64,000 nucleotides of DNA. Origin: Tubiluchus corallicola. Lineage: Eukaryota; Animalia; Priapulida. The notes beneath the pieces are model-generated. The model saw only the letters and a list, made by a program, of their open reading frames with translations, made no database searches and was not told the DNA's origin. A program made the position numbers and the translations under genes. Of the stretch, positions 24,581 to 37,139 are shown one piece after another; the stretch's first letter is position 1; each line of letters begins with the position of its first letter. The stretch lies in NCBI GenBank assembly GCA_030141605.1, contig JAQGDQ010000806.1, forward strand, positions 29,563 to 93,562, read 5' to 3'.

Positions 24581-25408
24581 ATGGCCACCACAACAACCAC
24601 AAGCGACAAGACTATTCTTTATACGCCGCCGTGGGAGGGTGAACCTAAAGGTCATGACATAAGGACTGGACAATTATTCCAGCCAATACAACCAAACAAG
24701 GACTCATCAAAGCAAGGAGTGACCATTATGGACCATGGTTCTAAGGACTCAGACGACGAGGAACCGGACTATGAGCAGCAACTACATATTCCAGCTACCC
24801 CAGCACATGGAGCCACCCCAACAGCTGCAACTGGAACAATTCCGAAGGTGGTTCCAGACAAAGATCCATTGCATGGACACCAGCTGGAGGTGAAGATACT
24901 GATCCAGAACCTGAAAATAAACTCACAGCACTATGGTGAGGTGTTTTTCACATGTACTACATTGTTAGACTTAGAATTTGACAAATGTATTGCTAATTAT
25001 CAAAACTTTGTTGACAGATGTAATGCTTCAATTACTGATTTGAGATTTTCAACTGAAATGCTCACAGAGTTGTATGACAAGCTATCATATATTTATTGTA
25101 GTTCAGATGATAGTTCCCATTTAGATGAAGTTAAAGAATTTCTTGCTTCAAAAATTACATTGAACAGAAATTTGTCTGAACTTAGTTCTAAGATTGAAGC
25201 CAGAATTAGGTCATTAGAAACCTGTCACTTGAAGGTCAGTGAACCTGTACCTGTAGTATCAAGCACACCTGTTTCTGCTGTGCCTAATATGACATCACAG
25301 CTAAATGCTGTGAACGTTAGTCATGCAAGCACTGTGTATAATGTAATTTTTGAAGCAAGAAATTCTTTAACTTCATCTAAATGGGAACTATCATCTGAAC
25401 TACAATAA
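24581..25408 (+). CDS. Truncated Gag-position ORF (inverted copy, 275 aa from ATG), running through the spacer into the opposite arm
   Basis: Open ORF ~275 nt downstream of the PBS-derived sequence; acidic/Pro-rich N-terminus then helical-looking region. Identity inferred from position, not from a motif. Confidence 0.55.
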   Translation: MATTTTTSDKTILYTPPWEGEPKGHDIRTGQLFQPIQPNKDSSKQGVTIMDHGSKDSDDEEPDYEQQLHIPATPAHGATPTAATGTIPKVVPDKDPLHGHQLEVKILIQNLKINSQHYGEVFFTCTTLLDLEFDKCIANYQNFVDRCNASITDLRFSTEMLTELYDKLSYIYCSSDDSSHLDEVKEFLASKITLNRNLSELSSKIEARIRSLETCHLKVSEPVPVVSSTPVSAVPNMTSQLNAVNVSHASTVYNVIFEARNSLTSSKWELSSELQ

Positions 25409-25920
25409 ATATATGATAGCTTGTCATACAACTCTGTGAGCATTTCAGTTGAAAATCTCAAATCAGTAATTGAAGCATTACATCTGTCAACAAAGTTTTG
25501 ATAATTAGCAATACATTTGTCAAATTCTAAGTCTAACAATGTAGTACATGTGAAAATCACCTCACCATAAAGCTGTGAGTTTATTTTCAGGTTCTGGATG
25601 AGTATCTTCACCTCCAGCTGGTGTCCATGCAATGGATCTTTGTCTGGAACCATCTTCGGAATTGCTCCAGTTGCAGCTGTTGGGGTGGCTCCATGTGCTG
25701 GGGTAGCTGGAATATGTAGTTGCTGCTCATAGTCCGGTTCCTCGTCGTCTGAGTCCTTAGAACCATGGTCCATAATGGTCACTCCTTGCTTTGATGAGTC
25801 CTTGTTTGGTTGTATTGGCTGGAATAATTGTCCAGTCCTTATGTCATGACCTTTAGGTTCACCCTCCCACGGCGGCGTATAAAGAATAGTCTTGTCGCTT
25901 GTGGTTGTTGTGGTGGCCAT
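25321..25920 (-). CDS. Truncated Gag-position ORF (sense copy, 199 aa from ATG)
   Basis: First long ORF after 5' LTR and PBS; nearly identical to the plus-strand copy; ends just past the fold-back junction. Confidence 0.55.
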   Translation of the reverse strand: MATTTTTSDKTILYTPPWEGEPKGHDIRTGQLFQPIQPNKDSSKQGVTIMDHGSKDSDDEEPDYEQQLHIPATPAHGATPTAATGAIPKMVPDKDPLHGHQLEVKILIQNLKINSQLYGEVIFTCTTLLDLEFDKCIANYQNFVDRCNASITDLRFSTEMLTELYDKLSYIYCSSDDSSHLDEVKEFLASKITLYTVLA

Positions 25921-26186
25921 ACTCAAACAAGGTTAACTTGCAGTCGTCTGGATTCCAAATTAGAAGCACCAATACTGTCCATATATTTAGCACTCAGTAT
26001 GAACAGGAACAGAGTCACTGTATCACTTGGTTTGCAGCCTTGTACTAAGCAAACTGATTTCTTTTCCAAGCAGAGCAACTGTATCACCTGGTTTGTAGCT
26101 TCGTAGATATCAAACTGATTTTTTTTCTTTCAAATAAAGTCCTAGCATAATTTCCTTGGTTCTATAAACTTGTATAAAATGAAGAA

Positions 26187-26197
26187 TTTCGGCACCA
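26187..26197 (-). promoter_or_regulatory. Primer-binding site TGGTGCCGAAA (complementary to a tRNA-Phe-type 3' end)
   Basis: TGG abuts the LTR-terminal CA; tRNA assignment is from recalled tRNA-Phe sequence and should be verified. Confidence 0.75.
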
Positions 26198-26572
26198 TGT
26201 GAAATAATTCTGAAGGTAAAATAGCTAAGACATCAGTATATTGCAGAACACAGGTGAGTTTATTTATAAAAAATCAGTAACAGCACATGTTGATTCATTG
26301 CTCTCTGACAGCCAACTGCCCAGGTAAGTTTTCTATGAAGCAAGGAAGCCAGCAATTCTATGAAGGGTAAATGTTATGCATACTACATAGTTCAAGGATA
26401 AAAGTTTAGACTGTATATGAAGAAATAAACTTATTTTACAGCTGAAATTTCTTGTGTGGGATTTTTAATGTTTTAACCAGAGACTACAATAATATGACAT
26501 AATGAACAAAAATAATGACATATGACATAATAATAAAAAATAATGACATATGACATCGTGAACTTCACGACA
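26198..26572 (-). repeat. 5' LTR
   Basis: Minus strand reads TGTCGTGAAG...TTATTTCACA, followed directly by the PBS. Confidence 0.85.
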
Positions 26573-26701
26573 GCGTAGGTGACCACCGCTAAAAACTTTT
26601 ATAGTGTAGTACATCACACTTTTCGGCGTTACTAAGATAAAAATTTTCATCTTTTTTTCAAAATTCTGACCTGATTTTTCTTATTTGAAAAAACTATTTG
26701 T

Positions 26702-26742
26702 GAGAGAGAGAGGAAGAGAGAAAGAGAGAGAGAGAGAGAGAT

Positions 26743-26809
<67 letters not shown>

Positions 26810-26815
26810 AAGAGA
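26702..26815. repeat. (GA)n microsatellite
   Basis: Read directly from the sequence. Confidence 0.95.
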
Positions 26816-27107
26816 CGTTATCATCATTGTTTCTACCATTCATTACATCACTATGCACAAATTTGGGCACAGTAATTCCTATGAATAAGGTGGACGATTA
26901 TTTATTATTGGTGACATATTTAGAGTGCATAGAAACTGGCTGGCGGCCACTTGTCAAAGGGGGAGTGGCAGGGAGTGTCAGACAGTTTTTCCTTTTGGTC
27001 GCATCTCCTCCAATGGCATTCGTTTTTTTTCTATATTTATAAGCATTTGGGCACTGTAGGGTAGATATACATGCTGTGTTTTAAAACACATGCTGTAAAG
27101 GAGAGTT

Positions 27108-28060
27108 TGCCAGTTTGCCTGCACACCTGATATGTTTAAACTATTGTGTTAATGTCTTGCAATTTGGTTTAAAAAGTCATGTGACACTTCATCCATTAAT
27201 TTTTGGGAAATCATACCTCAGCTTTCTTTTCAGTTCCCTACCTCAGCTACTTTTGTACATAAACGTTTCTTACTGTTTCTTTCTCAAAATTTTCGGTTTT
27301 ATTTCCTCACGATTTCTAAAATTTACGGTTTCCTGGTGATATTCTGCTCTCAGTTGGATCTATCAGGCAAAATAATTGCAAAACTTGACAAAATATATCC
27401 GTTTTCTGACTCTTTTAAATTTTTGTGTTTGATTAGTTTCATAATTAATTTTTGTAATTTGTTACATGCCTTTTATAAAGGTATCGATCTAGTATCGTCT
27501 CATTAATGGTTTACATTAATGCTCACGCACAGCTGGAGGAACAGTAGCAAAAAAAACTCAAGAATGGCCTTTTAGCTCCATTTTTTGCGAAATTGATATC
27601 TCTTATTTCTAGAGAAAGGAAACGGCCGTGAAACGGGGCTGGTAACGGATTCATAGCCCTTCCAACGGTGGGTATATTCCTGGGAATGCCGTGTGACCGT
27701 TTAGTTGGTTTTTTTCTCGGACCCAGCTTTGGAAATAAGATCAATAGCTCTTTGAGAAGAAGAGGAAACGGACTTTTCATAGACTGAAAAAGCCAGTGTT
27801 CTGACGACATTCCATGTCTGCCTATAATTTTACTTCAATAGAAGCTGCTCCTAGCTCTTATAATGAAGTATTACAATGGTAGTCCATTACAATCAAAAGG
27901 AACAGTTTACAAAAACGTAGAATACCCATTCATTATATTGATCATTGGCGATTGGCTCTAATAGAATTTGCCATGTCAAACAGTTTTAACCTTCGCAATA
28001 CTGTTGTGCTGCCCGCGTTGGTATTGTAGGTGTCACCGTTGTATTTGTTACAACCAAAAT
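27108..28060 (+). repeat. Local duplication, paralogous to ~45070-46080
   Basis: Shared GCAATTTGGTTTAAAAAGTCA, TTGTTACATGCCTTTTATAAAG and CCTTTTAGCTCCATTTTTTGCGAAATTGATATCTC in the same order. Confidence 0.85.
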
Positions 28061-28084
28061 CACCGTCGTCATCATCATGATCAT

Positions 28085-28400
28085 GACATTGGTTTGGTGT
28101 GGTGCTTTATGATGTAGTGGATGCAGTGAGCACGCTGTAGATGGTGTGGCATGTTAGGTGTCAAGTGGTGAATTGTGTGTAGGTGGCATTCTGTGCTGCA
28201 GGTGGTGCTGTGTGTGTGTTATGGCGTGATGGGGTTGTGTGGTGGGTATGACATAGTAAGGCGTGTTGAATGTTGAATGGCATGGTGCATGTGGTGTGAT
28301 GGGTTCACCATGGTGCTGCAGGCATTGTGTAGGTGGTATGGTGCGGGTGGTGTGTTGGGTATATATGTTATGTGTGGTGTGACACAGTGTAATGTTGTGT
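28085..28400. repeat. Degenerate GT-rich (GTGGT-like) low-complexity tract
   Basis: Read directly; related tracts at 30.3 and 60.6 kb share flanks. Confidence 0.8.
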
Positions 28401-29608
28401 CTTTTTAGGTTTATGTGCAGGGTATTTTTGTAGGGTTTGGCTAGTAACTGTAATTGTGACTATTGCATTGTAGCTTGTCCACACTGCTTAAAACTTTACG
28501 ATTGTTTCTCTTCGACCTGAGAATGCTCATTTTGTGAACGCTATGATTACCTGATTTAATTATTTTGAGCATGATTTGTGCATGTTAATTGTTTAAAGAT
28601 GGGATAATAATCTTTTCTGCTGAGATGATTTTGCGAATGACAAATGATGGACTCATTAAAACTGAAATTGTTACTTTCTCATTTTTTAAATTTGCTCAAA
28701 ATGAATTCAGACAAACCCATTCAGACGAACCATTTTAGACCTCATATTTTTCACCTATGTAGTGAAATCTAGGCCGCTGCCCCCTCTTGAAATGATGAGA
28801 ATCATTCGAGAACTGAATGCACTGGGAAACTAGCCTGTACATTCAGGACGTTACAACGTTCTTCTAAGACAACTGCCTGGTTACCTAAAGCTTTATTGTA
28901 ATTTTATTAACTAGACTAAACTAAAGCAGAAACAAATGTGAAGTACATAAGTTTGTGATTTGGTCACACGCAAACAACTGGTCCAGTAATTACCACTGGA
29001 TTCTGCTTGAGTTCAGTTTTTAGCAGTTCTACAACAATCTTTGGCAATAGTTTTCATTACATACTTAAAATAAGATGCTGTGTGACCAAAGAGCTGTACC
29101 TCTTAGTTCTAAAGATCGAGAATGGGCCGAAAGTTGCTGCTGGTAATGGTTGGAGAGTCCTTTCAATGGTTGATGTAGACGGCATATTAAAATCTGCAGG
29201 GCACGTTGGGGAAAAAACAAGTGCATGCCCGGAAAGAGTGTGAGACGTTATATCAGATGTGGAGGTATCATTGAGAGCGAGGTCCACTAAACGAAACGAA
29301 AGGGTGGCATTTCAACCACCCCTTAGTTGCACAGCAATTTGTAACATCTATTATTTTTGAGTTTGGTCAATTTTGAGGCTGTTACAGGCATTTTCGTCAT
29401 CCGCCATTGCACTATCGTTTGTTACATGCAAATTATATGTGTTTGCATATAACCAAAAGAGAAACATTAAGCAAAACCATGTAGAATGCCTGTGCATTAT
29501 TGATCATTGATGAACAGTCTAAAAGCATTTATTGCGCCATACAGTTTCAACCTCGTACAAAATGTTTTGCATGTTCTCACAGTGATACTCTGCTGTTGGT
29601 GTCATACT

Positions 29609-30133
29609 GTAACGCGGCTAGGGGTTCACGTAACAGAAAGGTGTGCAAATAATCGTACTTTGCACCAATGGCTTGGGTTCATCTGACTGTTAAGCCTAAG
29701 GCACACTTCAGCACAAATTAGTTTATAGCAGGAAAACTGACATTGGAGAAATGTTGGTTTTGATAGACAATTTTGAATTATTTATTTAATTGCTTTATTA
29801 TGGTTCAGGGCTTATAATTAGCAGCTCTTGAGATAACAGAGCTTGTTAGCAACTCTTGTGTCAGCAGAGTTTGTTAGAAGCTCTTGAGATAGCAGAGCTT
29901 GTTAGCAGGCCTTGTCAGCAGCGAGTGTCTCTTCCTCTGGATCTGTCTTCCTTCAATACTACTCTGGACAGATGACATGACCAACCTACACACTGCTGAT
30001 TGGTTATTGTCCTGTTAACACGGGCGGATCACGTGCATAGACCTTAATAGGCAGTATACTGAATCATGCGCTCAGCACTGTATGCTCTTGATTGGTTGTT
30101 GGCGTAGTTGTTTTCACATCCGGGTCCTTCTCA
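29609..30133. mobile_element. Possible solo LTR with internal ~31-bp tandem repeats
   Basis: TG...CA-bounded, more GC-rich block with (AGCAGAGCTTGTTAGCAACTCTTG)-like repeats at 29815-29925; no TSD found. Confidence 0.3.
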
Positions 30134-30304
30134 TGAAAACTTCCATTGATGCACGTGTGTTTACCTCGCCAGTAAAGCTTAGTGTAATTATTGTCATTAA
30201 TTAGTTTAATTTAATGTTTTTTTTTATTATAGGCACTGCATACCTATGCCACAACATTAACATCGTCATTAACACTGTGATCACCACTGTGATCCACAAG
30301 AATT

Positions 30305-30685
30305 GATGTGGCTTGGTGTAATGTGATCTGGCTGGTGTGGTTTTGATGGTGTGGTGTGGGTGACATAGTGTGAATAATGTGGTGGGGTGTGTGTTGTGTG
30401 GTGTAGAGTGGTGTGGTGTGTTGTGAGTCGGACCTTGGGTAGTTGTGTAGTGTGGTGTGGTATTGATGATGTAGTGTGGATAATGTGGAGGGGTGTAGGT
30501 GGTTTGGTGTAGAGTGATGAGTTGTAGGTGGTGTGCAATGGTGTGAATGGCAAGGTGTTGTGTTGCAGTATTGTGTGGGAGGTGTGGGGCAGTGTGGGTG
30601 GTGTGTTGTGAGTTTCGCGGTGGGTTGGTGTGATGTGAATGTTGTGTTGTGAGTGGGGTGGTTGGTGGTTGTGTGGTGTGGCGTA
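30305..30685. repeat. GT-rich (GTGGT/GTGTG) low-complexity tract
   Basis: Read directly; explains the His/Thr/Pro-rich ORFs. Confidence 0.9.
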
Positions 30686-32977
30686 CTGCCTCCCCCTCCC
30701 CAATTACAGTGTATCGAAAAAATTCAAATTTATTTAAAAACCGGGGTTTGGTGGCATTAATTTTCATTGCTGAAATTACTAAAACAGTTAGAATTTTTCA
30801 TTAGAACCAGTGCCCAGTTTCATATAGCCGTCACTAAATTTACAGTGTCTTTATTAAAAATATTTAAGTGAATGTAATCACGATGCCTTTGCTGTTATTT
30901 CTCCATATTCATTTTGCCTTGTATACATACACCGGATGTTGAAAACAGTTTATCCAGACATGTGGGTCTGTGTTGAGCATGTCAGAGATGGGGTACACTC
31001 GTATACATGCTAGAGCATTGAGTGTACCGATGCGTGCATGGAAGAAACGTCGCACATGAGAGCTCATGTGTAAGAGCGATTGACAGCGCTTGGATGCAGC
31101 ATGTATGTCTAGCAATGGCGCATGCTTCCGGTAACATCAGACAGCCATCTAGTGTACAAAACATCAACTAATGCAATATATTACCATGAAATGTCCTCAA
31201 CAAGACAAAAACTTAGCCAATTTGAAATTGTACGCAATAAATTTTTATATGATTAATGACGCAACAAATTAACACAACAAATTATGACACAACAAATTAA
31301 TACTTTAAAGACTTTGTCTACAACGCAAAATCAGGCAAAAATTTTAGCCTTACAGTAAGAAAATTGGGTCAGATCTACTCCTGGGTCAGACTGAATTAAG
31401 AGTAAATGACACAAACCCTTTCTGTGCCTAAACGAATGTTAAAAAAATGATATAATAAAATAATCGCTGGTTAGTGAGAGCAGCTTTTCCTGCACCCAGG
31501 CAAAATGAAGCAAACACATTCGGTCCTGAAGGAGTTAATGATTGACGTATGAAACAAAACTCTCATTATTTATTTATTACTATCAATAACCACCACGTAA
31601 CAAAGAAATACTTGCACTTGTGTAAGAAACTTCTGTCACAAGTTATGAGCACTTGGATTATGTCTGCTACGCAGTCACGTTAACCTGACTTTGTTTTTGT
31701 TTTACAATAACAACAGTAACAACAATAACAACGACAATGACAACCACAATATCAGGAACTTTGTATGATAAAAATGGCACAGGAAGAAATGGCACATAAT
31801 GTTTCATGCAATTGATTTTTATAGTAAAACTAGAACATATAGGATGCAGATCTCTGCCAAAGCTGAACAATTCTAAAATTTTTCTTCTGATTCTTTTGGC
31901 TAAAAAAATTACCAAAGATAAACAAGCAAACATGCACATGTGTATCTGTATTGGTATGATATAGGCTAGAAAAAAGAACAAAATATTTGTTCAGTAATAT
32001 ATTTATAATCAATAATGCACGAATGTTTTGAATAGTTTATCTACCTTTTATTTATTCATTTTGGCGACGGTAATAGACTGAGAAATATACAAGCAAAGAT
32101 CATAATCAGCGTTACACAGTTTTGCGAGAAAATCTGGAAATGGAATATTGAAATATGTGTGCTAAACTTTACCCCAGAGACCTTGACGAAGTACTTCAGG
32201 GGTGTTTTCATACACGCCAACCTTTGCGAAAGGATAACTGGCTAAAAATTTTGGCCTCCTCTATTCACCTTTATTCATCCATCTTTATTCACGTAGATTC
32301 TTAGAAATGTATTAGATAGTGTTTGCATGTTTGCAGGCTTACTGCTCACTGCCTAAAAATTCAAGCTTTGAAATTCAAGTGTGTAAATACTCTGCTATTT
32401 TGCTTAAATCTTTTCAGGTGTGGAATGCAGGCTTTGAAGTTTAAGCATGTAACCACTCTGCTTTATTTTCTTAAATCTTTCCCAAGAGCGTAATGCAGTC
32501 TTTGAAATCTATCTGCTTTATTTTCTTAACTCTTTTGGTCGGATCTTTCTCTAGGCTCCTAAGCTGATTTATTGACACAAGATATTTTTAAGTAAATTTC
32601 AGAGATTTCTTACATCGCAACACAAACAAAACAAAAAAATGTTTATAGGCCTCTGATTCAAAAGCTCTTTCTTTTTGCAGGGGTAGCAGTTGTTGAGTGG
32701 TTGATTTGCTCAAGAATGTAATAATTTGAAAAAAGTTTTTGTTCACTGCAAGTTTACAGGAAACTATTAATCCTTTAATCAAGGCAGATAGGGTTTGAAA
32801 TGCGTTGAAATAATATACAAAAAATTTCTCCCCCAGAATTTTCAATAATATCTGGTTAACACAGTTTCATATGTAACAGTATCAGCAGATTTGGCAAAAT
32901 GTTAATTTTTCACTGGAAAAAAATGTTCCAAAATCTTTCTCAGTTCTAGGGAATTCGGTTTATTCAATTTTCCTTAC

Positions 32978-34085
32978 TTAACACTTTCCCTGGAGTAATT
33001 CCCAGGTGTTCGGGGAGGGTAATTTACACAGGATGTTAAAATGTGGGAAAACATTTTTCTTTGCATCAGAACCACTCTCAGCAATTATCATAGTTCAAAA
33101 TCAACAACAGAATCTTAGAATTCCACATGTAAAGAGCCTTTTGTTCAGGTGGCTGAGCACTTAAAATGTTCTCCGTCTTATAAAGAGCCTTTTGTTCAGG
33201 TGGCTGAGCGCTTAAAACTTTCTCCGTCTTATCCAAACAGCAATTATTGTTAGGCGGTCTCACCCTTTATTATCACAAGAAAAGCTTTTAGCCCAATATT
33301 TGCTATACAAACAGTTTGAAAAGCTTTCAAATCTAAAAAGACATTCCTTTCAATCTTAACAAAACATGTTTCCCAGGGGGATATATTATGACAAGCATTA
33401 CTTCCAACAGAAATAATAGGACACACCTGCGCTTTGATAACAAAGCTTTATTTCCAGCTCTCAAAGGAAACTACATTTAAGCTTCTGTCACTAATTAACA
33501 ATAATGGAAAAGTTAAGAGGTTTACTTGATAAGTAGCAAGAGAGGAAGTAATGCACTACAGATACTTGCAGCTAAATGGATGGGTGGTTGCTGTGACAAT
33601 TTCATCTATTATGTTATTTTTTACAGTACATAGAAACATGGAAACAGAGAATAAGGCAGTTCTACCAGCTCAGGTTCTATGAAAATGTCTGCAAAAATTA
33701 TTCCCATCATTGGGGTTTTAAGTAATACCTTTGTACCAAAACAGCGAACATTAGTATGAAAACGGATATTTCTCCCCATTCATTTTTGGCTAGTGTACAT
33801 GGATGGAGAATATATTTTACCAAAACATGTGGGTCTGTGTAGAGCGTGGCAGAGACAAGGTGCACTCGCATACATGCTAGAGCAGTGAGTGTAGTGATGC
33901 GTGCATGGAAGCAACGTCGCACATGAGAGCTCATGTGTAAGAGTGACTGACAGCACGTGAGTGCAGCATGCATGTCTACTAATGGCGGATACTCCAATTA
34001 GGTGGATAGCGTATGGTAGTGTAAATCAGCCCTCTAGTGTGCAAAACCACAACTAACGCAAGAGCTACAATATGTCACCATAAAA
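32978..34085 (+). repeat. Local duplication, paralogous to ~57756-58885 (weaker copies at ~34.6, 38.6, 42.0, 50.5 kb)
   Basis: Collinear from TTAACACTTTCCCTGG...CCCAGGTGTTCGGGGAG through CATTTTTGGCTAGTGTACATGGATGGAGAATAT. Confidence 0.9.
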
Positions 34086-37000
34086 GGCCATTACGAGTCA
34101 ATACATTAGCAAAGTTAATCAGAAGTGGTACACAGTAAATTTTTACACGATCAATGATAACAACAAATTAACATTAAAGATTTTAGGAACAGCACAAAAT
34201 TGGGCAAAAATTTTAACACTATTTTAAAAAAGTTGTAGAAACCAAACTGGGACACAGTCGTTACAGCGCTGATCTACTCCTGGGTCAGACTCAGACTTAG
34301 ATTTAGTATTATGTATTTTTAATCAAAATTAAAATGCAATCTTTGAAGTAATGTCCTAATAGTAAAGGCTTGTCCTCATATAACATGTCCTCAAATAAAT
34401 GCAATAATCAGAAGTGGTTATTGTTTCCCTTTTCTTTGCAGGAAAGCTTGTGTAAATTTAGAAGAATGTCGTACATTACTATTAACATTGTCTGTGTTTG
34501 CTGTTCTTTATTTTACCTTTCCTAGGAGCGCAATTGAAGCTTTGAAATTCAGGTGTGTAAATACTCTGCTATGTTTTCTTAAATCTTTCCCAGGTGTGGA
34601 ATGCAGTCTTTGAATTTTGTGCTTTATTTTCTTAACTCTTTCGATGGCGTCATTCCCAGGTGTTCAGGTGTGGTTAATTTACACAAGATGTTAAAATGTG
34701 GGAAAATATTTTTCTTTGCTTCAGAGCCACTTTAACCCTGCTCTAAATCAATAAGGAAACTTGAACAAAACAGAATGTAAAGAGTCTTTTGTTAACGTTT
34801 CTGAGCACTTAAAGCTTTCTCCATTTTATCCAAACTACAATTATTATTAAGCAGTCTCACCCTTTGTTATCATAAGAAAAGCTTTTACCCCAATGTTTGC
34901 TATACAAACACTTTGAAAAGCTTTCAAATCTAAAAAGACATTCCTTTCAATCTTAACAAAACATCTTACTGCGTATTTCCCGGGGGGATATATTATGACA
35001 AGCATTACTTCCAACAAAAATAATAGAACACACCCGTGCTTTGATAACAAAGCTTTATTTCAAGCTCTCAAACGAAACCGCTTTTGATCTTCTGTCACTT
35101 ATTGAAAATAATAGAAAAAGAGAGGTTTACTTGAAAAGGAGCAAGGGAGAAAGTTATGCACTACAGAATCTTGTAGCGAAATAGATAGGTAGCTGCTGTG
35201 ACAAGTTCGTCTATTATCTTATTTTTTACAGTACATAGAAATGTCGAAACAGAGAATAAGGCAGTTCTACCAGCTCAGATTTCTATAAAAACGTCTGCAA
35301 AAATGATTACCATCATTGGTGTTTTCAGTAAAACCTTTGTAAAAAAGGTATCAACAAATTCTCATGCCTTTTCGTACTGAGAAAATAAATATGTGCAAAA
35401 TAAGGAAAAATACAAGCCAACATCAGTTATATTTGCCAGTGTATCAAGAAAATACAAATTTATTTAAGAATCAGGTTTTTTTATTTTTTTCCCAGGAATT
35501 TAATAAAACATTTGTCAGACATTTCCGTTGTGCAGCCTTTGTTATTATTTCTCCGCTTTCATTTTTGGTTAGTGTACATACACTGAAACGTGAAAATATT
35601 TTGCCTAAACATGCAGGTCTCTGCAGAGCATGGTAGAGACATGGTGTACTCTCATACTCTCAAGGAAGCATTGATGCACATGAGCGGTCATGAGAGTGAT
35701 TGACAGTGCTGCAGTGCAGCGTGTCTGGTAATGGCGGACATTCGAACTGGCCGAATAGCTTTGATTAATGGTCCGTCAGCCATCTAGTGTGCAAAATCAC
35801 AACTAATGCAACAGGAGCAATATGTTACCATAAAAAATTCATGGCAAGACAACAAGTTATCCAAATGAATCAGAACTAGTTTCAGTAAATTTTTAGATGA
35901 TTAATGACAAATTATTACTTCAAAGAATTTTGTGCACAGCAAAAATTGACCAAAAATGTTAACACTACATTAGGAAAATTGTATAATATAAACTGGTACA
36001 TAGTCGGTACAGCATGACTCTAACCTGCGGGTTAAACTGAGCAAGTGACATAACACATAAGTGTCAAAAAATCTTAGTGTACAGTTTGGTGTAATACGTT
36101 GTCTCGTATAAATTTGTTTGTGTGTTCACCCAAGAATAGCCAATTTTCTCCTGAAAAGTCATAGGTCATACGTCACCTATTTTGAATGGTGCATTCGGGA
36201 ACGAGTTAAAGTTCACGACTTCCTTTCTAATAAAATCCATGTCTGAAGTTACATTTCCGTTAGAACATGTTTTGTTCCTGACGCGCGGGCTAAACAACTT
36301 TGTTAGCAATAGCTTCTTTGAATATCATGTCGTTTCTGTGACCCTGAATTTCAAAACAATACTTCACAGGGAAATGTGACACGTGATAATCAAACAAATG
36401 CTGCCAAACAATGACTAAACAAACAAAATGATATCTATGTAGTGGCAAATGAGTTTAGATTTGCATGAAAGAAGTAGTTTAAAGTAAAGACAGTTAATGG
36501 TAAAAACATTTATTCAATACTGATATTGTAATTGAATTTTAATGACAACAGGCTTGGTGCCTGGGGATTAATATTAGAAGGACAATCTCTGTCTTCAGGA
36601 AGGAAATCACTTAGAGTATGACCATTTCATATGGATCCTCGTCTGGCTATGTGATTGAACATTTAAAATTGCCTGTGTCTTGTTCATACAGTTATTATTA
36701 ATATGCAGCCTCGACTATTTTAAAAAGCTTTGAAGTAAAAAAAACTCCAGCTCAGTTATTGTGCTTATGAATCATTTTAATCTTATCAAAATGTAGCATT
36801 ACCCAAGCAGTTATTTTATTACAAACCTTACTTCAAAGATTGCGTATTAAATAGATTTTAAATGAATAATACTATAACTAAAAAGAATGATTTTCTCATC
36901 TAATTGACATACTCTTTAATTACTGTTCTTAGTTAATTATTATTTTTTCGTTTAATTCTGCATTTACAACTTTCTTTTTCTTGTTCGATTTTTGTACTTT

Positions 37001-37139
37001 ATTTCAGGTTTTTCACACAAAATCGAAGATGCACTGCCGATTTTGCTAATATTAGTTTGGGCGCATCCTCAGTAAGGTTTTGTTTCATTTACTCTTAATT
37101 CAGTTTGACCCATGGTTTAAGTTTAACCCATGGAATAGC

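Larger units (their letters stand above)
24306..26195. repeat. Long inverted repeat: 856-bp arms 24306-25161 and 25340-26195, 178-bp spacer
   Basis: Mirror ORF pairs in the ORF track (24575+/25926-, 24673-/25828+); paired coordinates sum to 50501 at both ends; scattered substitutions only. Confidence 0.95.
22553..26572 (-). mobile_element. Defective BEL/Pao-type LTR retrotransposon with internal inverted duplication
   Basis: Direct repeats 22704-23094 and 26198-26572 with TG...CA ends; PBS TGGTGCCGAAA immediately after the right LTR on the minus strand; gag-position ORF; integrase C-terminal remnant; no protease/RT/RNaseH; no target-site duplication. Left boundary ambiguous (22553 or 22704). 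Confidence 0.8.

Noticed and set aside
24306-26195. Inverted repeat as a sequencing or assembly chimera
   Set aside because: The arms differ by multiple substitutions, the spacer continues the ORF, and one junction sits at the PBS. Considered unlikely, though read-level confirmation is still needed.
30201-30767. 188-aa and 140-aa His/Thr/Pro-rich ORFs
   Set aside because: Translations of a GT-rich low-complexity tract, open in several frames, with no splice or domain evidence.
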